Positions 1 through 7,152 of a stretch of DNA of 35,774 nucleotides are shown piece by piece. Origin of the DNA: a virus (Duplodnaviria > Caudoviricetes); the IMG/VR virus record IMGVR_UViG_3300017766_003544, positions 1-35,774 of that record, one strand, 5' to 3'. Positions within the stretch are counted from its first letter, which is position 1; each line of letters begins with the position of its first letter. Both the position numbers and the translations under genes were made by a program. The notes beneath the pieces were generated by a model that did no database searches, was not told the origin of the DNA, and saw only the letters and a list, made by a program, of their open reading frames with translations.

Positions 1-58
1 AAAAGGAGAGAACGAGCTAGACCCCACCAGCGCAAAAAGATTCCTTTCCCACCCCCCC

Positions 59-296
59 GTGACCAGTGACCACCCTTCCACCCCCACAGCATCGACTCCT
101 GATATTACCAACTACCCTCCAACAGGTCACAAAGGTCACATGATCACACTTCCTGCAAAATCAAAGCCTCCAGCGTGACCATGGCGTGACCATTGTCGGC
201 GGAAAGCCCGTTTTTGTGACCTAAAAAAGGGGCGCGGGGTGCTCGATGCACCCTGCGCCCCTTCCTATGATGGTCTGTGACCATCCGCGTGATCAC
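59..296. repeat. Cluster of GTGACC/GGTCAC/GATCAC hexamers, candidate replication origin (iterons)
   Basis: GTGACC at 59, 66, 175, 186, 216 and 277; GGTCAC at 125 and 134; GATCAC at 142 and 291. The DNA is non-coding and directly downstream of the helicase gene. The origin role is inference. Confidence 0.5.
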
Positions 297-302
297 ACAT
301 CG

Positions 303-1922
303 TCACAGCCATTCGAGTGGATATTCAGCCCCTCGCCGCTGGTGACGCTTCCCAAAACGAAACGCCCGTCGTGTCGTCGTCGTGACCAGTTCGCGCCCTC
401 TCCATCGCTTCAGTTCGTGACCGATCCGCTTGCGATCCTTCTCCCCGAGTTCCTTGTCGCCCTCAGCGCCACAAAGATCCTCCAGCAGCTTCTCCGACCT
501 CGCTGCCGCAATGATGTCGTGAGTCGTGAACACTGCCTCCTTCAGCAGATCATCTCCCGCCTCCTTCTCCAGCCGCTCTGCGATACTCACCAGCAACTGC
601 CGCCACTCCTCGCCACGGCGGTCCCCGCTCATCGGCAGCTCCGCCTTCAGCATCGGCCTACCCAGCCCCTGCCCACCATCTGGCAAAGCAGCCACGATGC
701 CGCCGATCATCCCGCTCCATGCCTCAAAAGTAGGCTTACAATCCTGCCCCACAGGCTCCCCCTGGGACATCCAATGCCTCACCAGCGCAGACATCGCCGC
801 CAGTGACTGCGCCCGCACCTCGGGCCGTGACCAATACCCCGGCTCGATGTTCCTTTTAAATGTCCGCTTCTCGATGTCACCAGGCACGAACAATTCACAC
901 ACCAGAGACCGCCGCATCAAGTCGGGCGTGATCTCCAGATTGTTCGCCGTCACACTCACCGTCGTCACATTCGGCACATCAAACTCCTCATTGCCCCCGA
1001 GCTTGCGCCCCGCATGGCGTCTCGACGTAATGAACCGATTCAGCGCATTCGATGCCACCCAGCTCGGCGCATCATCCAGGAAAAGATAAGGCCTCATATT
1101 CATCGCCGTCGTGTTGAGCAGCTTCTCAAATTCCTCCCGACTCTCCGGCAGCGACACCGTCGCCACATCTCCGAAGACATGCGCCAGAGCCGCCTCCGCC
1201 AGCACGCTCTTCCCCGACCCCTGCTGATTCGCCACCCACAGAAAAAGCGGCCTCGGCGTCCCCGTCGGCAGCAACAGACGCGTGTAGGTCGAGAGCATCG
1301 CCGCGATCTGCACCGCGAACGAGCGATTGAGGAAAAGCCAGTCCTTCCGCACCTCCTGCTCCCACGCAAATTCAAACTCCCCAAACTGATCCCACAGCCA
1401 CTGCATCGCCGCCTGCACCGACATCTCCCGATCATACGGGATGCCATCATTGCACCACACCTTGCATTCCTTGTCGTAGCCAGCCGCCAGCCATTCCACC
1501 GCGCCCGACTCACGCCGCACCGGCACCGACACCGGCACGATCCCCTCCAGTTGTGGCAGCCGTCTCGTAAATTGCCGACACTCCAGCACCTTCGCGGCCA
1601 TATCCTTCCCCATCGTCATCACGCGGGGGCCTTGCTGGCCGAACTTAATGCATGTTACATACTCCTCGATCAGCGTGCAAAAGCGGTCCTTACTCACCGG
1701 CACCATCTTCCCCGCCTCCACCGTGACCACTTCATCACCGCGCGCAAAGATGTCACAGCGGGACAGCAGCCCCCCGAGCTGCTCCGCGATCTTCAGCGTC
1801 TGCTCATCCAGATTGATCTGCGGCACCATATCAGCCTGCCCAGGTAGATCGATCCCCGCCTGTGCAGCCAGCGGAGCCAGCAGCCTCAGCGTCTCCATCG
1901 GTATCTTCGCCGCATCATTCAT
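303..1922 (-). CDS. Phage P-loop NTPase / replicative helicase (primase-associated, SF3-like)
   Basis: Walker A ANQQGSGKS, Walker B YLFLDD, then VTANN...DLMRR. ATGA overlap with the upstream primase. Confidence 0.75.
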   Translation of the reverse strand: MNDAAKIPMETLRLLAPLAAQAGIDLPGQADMVPQINLDEQTLKIAEQLGGLLSRCDIFARGDEVVTVEAGKMVPVSKDRFCTLIEEYVTCIKFGQQGPRVMTMGKDMAAKVLECRQFTRRLPQLEGIVPVSVPVRRESGAVEWLAAGYDKECKVWCNDGIPYDREMSVQAAMQWLWDQFGEFEFAWEQEVRKDWLFLNRSFAVQIAAMLSTYTRLLLPTGTPRPLFLWVANQQGSGKSVLAEAALAHVFGDVATVSLPESREEFEKLLNTTAMNMRPYLFLDDAPSWVASNALNRFITSRRHAGRKLGGNEEFDVPNVTTVSVTANNLEITPDLMRRSLVCELFVPGDIEKRTFKRNIEPGYWSRPEVRAQSLAAMSALVRHWMSQGEPVGQDCKPTFEAWSGMIGGIVAALPDGGQGLGRPMLKAELPMSGDRRGEEWRQLLVSIAERLEKEAGDDLLKEAVFTTHDIIAAARSEKLLEDLCGAEGDKELGEKDRKRIGHELKRWRGRELVTTTTRRAFRFGKRHQRRGAEYPLEWL

Positions 1923-2980
1923 CGTCCCATCCTCCTTTGTAAAATGTTCGAGTTAGGCCGGGGACGCGGGTCCAGATACCACAGCTCCTGGAGAGACTCA
2001 CCGCGCAGACACCCCGGCAGCCGAGTCAGCCGCACCGCAGTCATCGCCGCAGGGTCAGCCCCCAGCGGAGCCAGCAGTTGCACCAGCATATCCCGCTGCA
2101 CATCCCACTCAGCTTTGGAGGCCACATCCACGCGCACCAGCGCATGCACACTCCGCCCGCCCGAAGTATAGATCGCCACGACCTGGAGCGGCAGTTGCAC
2201 CAGCAGCCGCAGCCATTCCGCCATCGGAGCCACATCATTCTCCAGCACCAGATAGCGCCACGCCGTCACGCAGGCACCATGCCTCCTGCCCCACTTAGCC
2301 TGGCCGTCAAAGCCCACCGCGTCACTGTTCACCTTCCATTCACCCGAGACCGGATTACAGAGGAACCACACCCCATCGGGACCGCCCAGCGGCAGATCCG
2401 ACTTCACCGGCTTCACCCCCCGATCACGGCCCAGCCTCCACCCGCTCCCGCCCACATGGTATCCATAATCCCCCTGCGACGTGAACTTCGTAAAGATCAG
2501 CAACTTCTCTCCCGCCTCATACAGCGCCTCCAGAAAAGTATCCCCCACCCCCCGCATCCCCGGCGTCACCGCCATCGGAGACACCGCCATCAGCCACTCC
2601 CGCGAGATCACCTCCTTCACATTCCCCGCCATCGCCTCCAGCTTCTTCAGATCAAACGGCGGACGCTTGACCCCACGCTCCGGCCTCGGAGCCGCAGCCG
2701 TTTTCCCATAGGCCGACACAGGTGACCGTTTATCCCCATTCTCCAGCCTCCAGATCGCACGGCGAAGTTGCAGGTTAAACTCCGCCACCTCCGCAGAGCA
2801 GCTCGAATGAAAACAAAAGCCCGTCGGCACCGTCTCCAGCGACACCTTAAAATCACGCCTCCCTCCGCCCTTCGTATGTCGCCCCACACCAGGGCAGGCA
2901 GCATACCCCCCCGGCTCCAGTGCCGCGATCCCCAGCAGCTCACAGGCCACCCTTTCCCGTTCGTTAATGTTCATCGTCAT
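1919..2980 (-). CDS. DNA primase/polymerase (AEP/RepB-primase-like) with N-terminal Cys/His cluster
   Basis: Motifs YLVLEND, YTSGGRSVHALVRV and DPAAMTAVRLTRLPG. N-terminal CPG..HT...CFHSSC. Adjacent to the helicase. Confidence 0.7.
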   Translation of the reverse strand: MTMNINERERVACELLGIAALEPGGYAACPGVGRHTKGGGRRDFKVSLETVPTGFCFHSSCSAEVAEFNLQLRRAIWRLENGDKRSPVSAYGKTAAAPRPERGVKRPPFDLKKLEAMAGNVKEVISREWLMAVSPMAVTPGMRGVGDTFLEALYEAGEKLLIFTKFTSQGDYGYHVGGSGWRLGRDRGVKPVKSDLPLGGPDGVWFLCNPVSGEWKVNSDAVGFDGQAKWGRRHGACVTAWRYLVLENDVAPMAEWLRLLVQLPLQVVAIYTSGGRSVHALVRVDVASKAEWDVQRDMLVQLLAPLGADPAAMTAVRLTRLPGCLRGESLQELWYLDPRPRPNSNILQRRMGR

Positions 2981-3115
2981 TATCTTGGTTGTAAATGATG
3001 GGGCTCACCGCCCGCGTTGCTTGCATCCATCCATGTCATAAAATCCCCGCCTAACAAAAGGAACTCCGATTGCTGCCAAAAACTGCCCACAGCTCACGCT
3101 ACACACACAGTAAAA

Positions 3116-4114
3116 TCAGGCCGCTCGCCGACTCTCAAAGCTCACCACATTCCCAGGCAACGGCAGCACATCCAGCGGACTCGTGATCGACTCCGCGAAC
3201 CTCGGCACACAATGCAGATACACCTGCGTCGTCTCCACCGAGTTATGCCCCAGCAGCTCCTGCACCTGCGTAATACTTGCCCCACCCGCCAGCAGATTCG
3301 TCGCGAAAGAATGCCGCAGCGTGTGGGCCGTCACCCGCTTATGCAGCCCCACCTTCCTCGTCGCCAGCTTCAGCGCCTTCCCCAACGTATCCTCATGCAC
3401 ATGATGCCGGCGCACGATGCCCGTGCGAGGATCAGTGCTCTCATTCATCGCAGGCCACAGCCAGAACCACGGCCACTCCCTTCCCCCATTCGTAAACTTC
3501 CGCTCCAGTCCATCCGGCAGAAAGATCGCATTCGCACCCGCAGCACGGTCCCGATCATACACAACACGCACCCGCTCAAAATGAGCATGCAGCCGATGCA
3601 CCAGAGACCGAGGTAGCACCGTCACCCGGTCCTTGTCCCCCTTACCCCCGCGCACCGTCACCAGACACGCCTCCAGATCGATGTCCTTCACCCGCAGCGC
3701 CAGCAGCTCCGCCACGCGCAGCCCCGAACCATACGCCAGCTCCGCCATCAGTCTCGTCCCCGCAGGCATCACCGCCAGCAGCCTTTGCATCTCCTGTGGA
3801 GACAGCCATGTCGGCAGCCGCTTCGGACGCTTCGCCCTCGCCCACTTCCCCAGATCCCCCAGCGGCTCCCTCACCACATCCCGATACAGAAAAACAATCG
3901 CATTCAGAGCCTGATTCTGAGTCGATGCCGAGCACCTCGGAGCCAGCTTCTCCAAAAATGTCCTCACCCTCTCCTCACGCGGCTGATGCCCACAAGCCTT
4001 CACATGCGCCCCAAAACGAGCGATCCACCCCGCATAAGTGACCTCAGTGTGCCTCGAAAGCCTCCGAATCCGGCAGACCATCCGCACCTGCTCAAGCATC
4101 TCGTCGAGTTTCAT
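3116..4114 (-). CDS. intI: Integron integrase (IntI-family tyrosine recombinase)
   Basis: SASTQNQALNAIVFLY, RLPTWLS, YGSGLR, GGKGDKDR, the IntI-specific insertion (LPDGLERKF...WPWFWLWP...DPRTGIVRRHH), HTLRHSFAT and LLGH...TTQVYLH. All catalytic R-K-H-R-H-Y residues are present. Confidence 0.95.
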   Translation of the reverse strand: MKLDEMLEQVRMVCRIRRLSRHTEVTYAGWIARFGAHVKACGHQPREERVRTFLEKLAPRCSASTQNQALNAIVFLYRDVVREPLGDLGKWARAKRPKRLPTWLSPQEMQRLLAVMPAGTRLMAELAYGSGLRVAELLALRVKDIDLEACLVTVRGGKGDKDRVTVLPRSLVHRLHAHFERVRVVYDRDRAAGANAIFLPDGLERKFTNGGREWPWFWLWPAMNESTDPRTGIVRRHHVHEDTLGKALKLATRKVGLHKRVTAHTLRHSFATNLLAGGASITQVQELLGHNSVETTQVYLHCVPRFAESITSPLDVLPLPGNVVSFESRRAA

Positions 4115-4135
4115 AAGTTTCCGTTTTTCACCTGT

Positions 4136-4172
4136 CTATCTGGAAAGTTGTTCGGGATAATCACTGTTCGGC
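4136..4172 (+). other. attI: attI-like recombination site A (crossover G|TT at 4166/4167)
   Basis: CTATCTGGAAAGTTGTTCGGGATAATCACTGTTCGGC lies just upstream of intI, the canonical attI position. GTTCGGCAG is the exact complement of CTGCCGAAC at the first attC. 32/34 nt identical to 32721-32754. Confidence 0.8.
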
Positions 4173-4405
4173 AGATACATGAAGCTTGGGTAGGCCGTTC
4201 CTATCAAATCTTCCACCCGACAATGCCACTCATCGAGTTCGTGAGATTTTGCCCATGCCTCCATGATCGGCTCAACCAGCACGAGGATTTCCAGCATAGC
4301 CTTTTCTCGGCACGCGCAGGCGTGGTGGTGAGTTGCGCCAACTGCCGAACAAGGCGAGGCAGCGCAACCCTCAGGAGCGGGCAAGTTTGTTTTTGGATCA
4401 GGCAT
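4136..4405 (-). CDS. Cassette 1 hypothetical protein (starts in attC1, ends in attI-A)
   Basis: 89 aa ORF. ATG at 4405 is inside attC1 and overlaps the upstream stop. The tail NSDYPEQLSR* is encoded by attI. Confidence 0.7.
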   Translation of the reverse strand: MPDPKTNLPAPEGCAASPCSAVGATHHHACACREKAMLEILVLVEPIMEAWAKSHELDEWHCRVEDLIGTAYPSFMYLPNSDYPEQLSR

Positions 4406-4446
4406 CTAGGGCGCTCCTTTCGGGTTGCTGCTCTTTTGCGTTCGCC
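4344..4446 (+). other. attC: attC site 1 (103 bp)
   Basis: R'' GCCGAAC, 5 nt, L'' GAG(G)CAGC ... L' GCTGCTC, 6 nt, R' GTTCGCC. The stem extends (CAACCC/GGGTTG, AGGAGCG/CGCTCCT). Confidence 0.88.
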
Positions 4447-4745
4447 TCAACAACTCGCGTCCAATGGATCGCCATGAAGTCGAGCAAGTGGTTTCCATCA
4501 TCTCCTATCGTTGACCGTCCCGCAGCTTTCGCCGCACGCCGTTGCAGGTTGATGCAGTCGTTTATCGTGGCGCGGAGGATGATGTGCGCGTCCAAGTCGT
4601 TGCCTTCCGGTCCGCACGCTGGCCACGGCTCGCACCATTGGAGCATCGTTTCATGCCGGGATTCCAGCAAGGCGAACAAGGCAGTGGACTCAACGCTGAC
4701 CGCGTTGGAGTCCCCCGTGTTTTCAATGTCTTCTTTCGCGGTCAT
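4398..4745 (-). CDS. Cassette 2 hypothetical protein (starts in attC2, ends in attC1)
   Basis: 115 aa. ATGA overlap at 4742-4745 inside attC2. The tail NAKEQQPERSALDA* comes from attC1. Confidence 0.7.
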   Translation of the reverse strand: MTAKEDIENTGDSNAVSVESTALFALLESRHETMLQWCEPWPACGPEGNDLDAHIILRATINDCINLQRRAAKAAGRSTIGDDGNHLLDFMAIHWTRVVEANAKEQQPERSALDA

Positions 4746-4769
4746 CGTGAGTCACTTTTATCGTTCGCT
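4671..4769 (+). other. attC: attC site 2 (99 bp)
   Basis: R'' GGCGAAC (complement of cassette start GTTCGCC), 5 nt, AGT(G)GACTCA(A)CGCTGACCGCG ... CGCGGTCATCGTGAGTCACT, 6 nt, R' GTTCGCT. Two extrahelical bases. Confidence 0.92.
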
Positions 4770-5014
4770 AAGGAGATTTTTACCGAGACATCCAGCACCG
4801 GCTGGAATCCCTTGATGTATTCGAGGAGGTGGTATCTTTCCGCCCATCCCTCCAGCCTGCCGGGACTCAGCATTTCGGAACCATCAGCACAGGATGCGAC
4901 ATCTGCATGGATAGCCTTGCGAGCCTGAGATTCAGAATCGAAAGGACCAAGCGGGTCTTGCTCTCCCCACTCTTGCGGGGTCTTTCCCCGCATTACATAG
5001 ATTGATCGTTTCAT
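4742..5014 (-). CDS. Cassette 3 hypothetical protein (ends in attC2)
   Basis: 90 aa with an AT-rich start context. The tail NDKSDSR* comes from attC2. Confidence 0.7.
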   Translation of the reverse strand: MKRSIYVMRGKTPQEWGEQDPLGPFDSESQARKAIHADVASCADGSEMLSPGRLEGWAERYHLLEYIKGFQPVLDVSVKISLANDKSDSR

Positions 5015-5024
5015 AAAAATAAAC

Positions 5025-5077
5025 CGCGAACAGGTCAGTCCACCGAACGCTCCGCGCCGGTGACTTTTGCGTTGTGC
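5025..5077 (+). other. attC: attC site 3 (very short, 53 bp)
   Basis: R'' CGCGAAC (6/7 complement of GTTCGCT), 5 nt, L'' AGT(C)CACC ... L' GGTGACT, 5 nt, R' GTTGTGC. Confidence 0.78.
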
Positions 5078-5265
5078 GAATCCATGAACTCGATCTCCGG
5101 TTTCTCGGCGCGCATTTGGCGATACTGCAACTCGACTCGTAGTGAGCCGATGACCACAGCAGCAGCGCGACTGATAGCCATTGCTTCCTCCGCGCTGATG
5201 CTTTTGTTTTCGAGTGCGGCCACGGTCGCGCTCATTTTCTCTCTGAGTGTGTTGATGTTCGTCAT
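5035..5265 (-). CDS. Cassette 4 gene b, small helical phage-type hypothetical protein (ends in attC3)
   Basis: 76 aa. ATGA overlap with gene a. The tail NAKVTGAERSVD* comes from attC3. Confidence 0.72.
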   Translation of the reverse strand: MTNINTLREKMSATVAALENKSISAEEAMAISRAAAVVIGSLRVELQYRQMRAEKPEIEFMDSHNAKVTGAERSVD

Positions 5266-5687
5266 ATTGTTTTGATTCTGGTTCCTAGTTTCCTGCTGAG
5301 TTTGATGTGCTCGCGTTTGATTTCGATTAATGCCTTGGGACAGTCTTCGACTTTCATGTGCAGGTAGCGGTTTGCCACGACGCTATCGGGCAGATTCTCT
5401 ATGTCCTTCCTCGCCTTGCGCTTCACAGCCACTGCTGTCCTTTTTGGTTTCCGAATCTTGCGTGGGTGGTTGGATGGTAGAACCGCCCACCGTTCACGTT
5501 CTGCTTTTCTCTCCACGTCCCTGATGCCTGCCATTGCTCGCCTTTGGCGCTGCTTTTCCATCCTCGCTGCCCATCGGCTTGGATCGGCCTTGATAGCGAC
5601 ATACCACGCAGGCAACGCACAACCAGACGGTGATGCCAAGCCATTCGCGGCGGGCTGCATTGGTGATAGTGCGTCAGGGGCGCTCAT
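5262..5687 (-). CDS. Cassette 4 gene a, basic phage-type hypothetical protein (starts in attC4)
   Basis: Lys/Arg-rich ORF. ATG at 5687 forms an ATGA overlap with the parB-like stop (alternative start 5696). Confidence 0.7.
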   Translation of the reverse strand: MSAPDALSPMQPAANGLASPSGCALPAWYVAIKADPSRWAARMEKQRQRRAMAGIRDVERKAERERWAVLPSNHPRKIRKPKRTAVAVKRKARKDIENLPDSVVANRYLHMKVEDCPKALIEIKREHIKLSRKLGTRIKTI

Positions 5688-5711
5688 GGCTGGCATACCT
5701 CGGCGTCCACC
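5617..5711 (+). other. attC: attC site 4 (95 bp), terminal site with non-canonical R' GTC
   Basis: R'' GCACAAC (complement of GTTGTGC), 5 nt, GGT(G)ATGCCA(A)GCCAT ... ATGGCTGGCATACC, 5 nt, GTCCACC. Confidence 0.82.
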
Positions 5712-7111
5712 CGCCCCTCCAAACCCGCCACATCCACCCCCAGCTCGCAGAGCAGCCCGCCCAACGCCGCACGCAGCTCCTCACGCGACTCCGCCGCATC
5801 AGCAGCCAGCACCATCAGCAGCACCATCACCTGGCGCAGTTGCCATCTCTGGCTTCGATCCTTCGCCAGCCAGCCGCGCAACTCATCCGCCGACGCCATC
5901 CCCAGCCAGGCCGACACCGCCCCCGCGTCCACATCCGTCGCCAGATGCACCAGCAGCTCATGAAAGCACTCCCACGGCGGCCCTGTCATCGCATCCGTCG
6001 GATTCGCCTTCAGGTGTTCCCAAAGCGCATTAAACATCACCTTCATCCAGCGGCCATCCACATCGTCCGCAGGAGCAGAGGCAGACGCACGCTCCAGCGA
6101 TGGACCATCCCCAGCATGCACCGTCACCTCCCTCTCCGCCACCGGCTCCGACTCCGGCACCTCCGCAGCCTCCACCGACTCCGCATCGCGCAGCATCTTC
6201 TTCGACACCAGTAGCACAAACCTATCATCACGCCGCGGCGCAGGCACCACATACACCGGCACCCCCAGCCCCTTCGCCTTCTCCTGCCACTGCCTGCCAT
6301 CCGCATCACGCGGCATGTAGCCATCGCCAAACTCATAGTCAGGCCACGGCTGCCCCGACTCCCCCTGCACATACTCCCCACGCTGACCCCACTCCACAAA
6401 GTGATACCCATCCGCCACCGGATACTTCTTCATCAGCACACCCACCAGCCGCAGCCAGGCCGCCAGCCACTTCTTTGGCTGCACATACTTCGCCTGGATC
6501 GCCGCCTCAGCCGCCTTGTAGCTCAGCGGCTCATTGCCCACCGCATCACAAAGAACCATCTGGAGAGCCCCGCGCATCTCCTCCCCGCGATCCAGCGGCA
6601 GCAGCAGCTCCGCCACATGCAGAGAAAGCCGACCATCCGCCAGCGCCTCGCGCCCTTGCTGCGGCAGCATCTCCCCCAGGTCAAAGAAGAGCTGCACCCG
6701 CTCCACCGACCGACCCAGCGCCGGAGCCAGATCCCCCACCGTCATCCCCATCCCCACGCCCACCTCCACCGCAGTCACCAGCTCCTCCGCATTCAGCGCC
6801 ACCGTGTGCCCGTGATCTTGCAACAAATAAAGGTAGGCATCCCCCTCATCGTCAAACTGGTGGACCACCTGGAGACACCCCCCCCAGCCCAGCTCCTTCA
6901 TCCCCGCAAAGCGGCGGTGCCCCTTCAGAAGAAAGTCCCCCTCCTCCCGCTCCCACACATGGATCGCATCCTGGAGCCCATTCGCCCGCAGAGATTCCAC
7001 CATCTCAGGGATGCCCTCATAGACCCCCTGCCGAGGATTCGCGCTCCACTCCCTCACCCGGCCCAGCGATCTCATCACCGGCCCCGTCATCGTATGTTTA
7101 TTGTCGTTCAT
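5684..7111 (-). CDS. ParB/Srx N-terminal domain protein
   Basis: NPR...SLRANGLQDAIHVW...LLKGHRRF motif followed by an HTH-like segment (VGDLAPALGRSVERV). The start may be 7156. Confidence 0.8.
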   Translation of the reverse strand: MNDNKHTMTGPVMRSLGRVREWSANPRQGVYEGIPEMVESLRANGLQDAIHVWEREEGDFLLKGHRRFAGMKELGWGGCLQVVHQFDDEGDAYLYLLQDHGHTVALNAEELVTAVEVGVGMGMTVGDLAPALGRSVERVQLFFDLGEMLPQQGREALADGRLSLHVAELLLPLDRGEEMRGALQMVLCDAVGNEPLSYKAAEAAIQAKYVQPKKWLAAWLRLVGVLMKKYPVADGYHFVEWGQRGEYVQGESGQPWPDYEFGDGYMPRDADGRQWQEKAKGLGVPVYVVPAPRRDDRFVLLVSKKMLRDAESVEAAEVPESEPVAEREVTVHAGDGPSLERASASAPADDVDGRWMKVMFNALWEHLKANPTDAMTGPPWECFHELLVHLATDVDAGAVSAWLGMASADELRGWLAKDRSQRWQLRQVMVLLMVLAADAAESREELRAALGGLLCELGVDVAGLEGRVDAEVCQP

Positions 7112-7152
7112 CGTTAGAAAAAAAGTTTGTTGTTGTTCATTACCCCGCCCCA

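Noticed and set aside
4136-4815. Forward (plus-strand) cassette ORFs such as 4333-4815 and 4542-4928
   Set aside because: They straddle whole attC sites and do not fit cassette boundaries. The minus-strand ORFs tile the region with coupled starts and stops.
4136-5711. CRISPR array or diversity-generating retroelement as the explanation for the repeats
   Set aside because: No identical regularly spaced repeats, no cas or reverse transcriptase gene, and no TR/VR pair. The structures fit attC.
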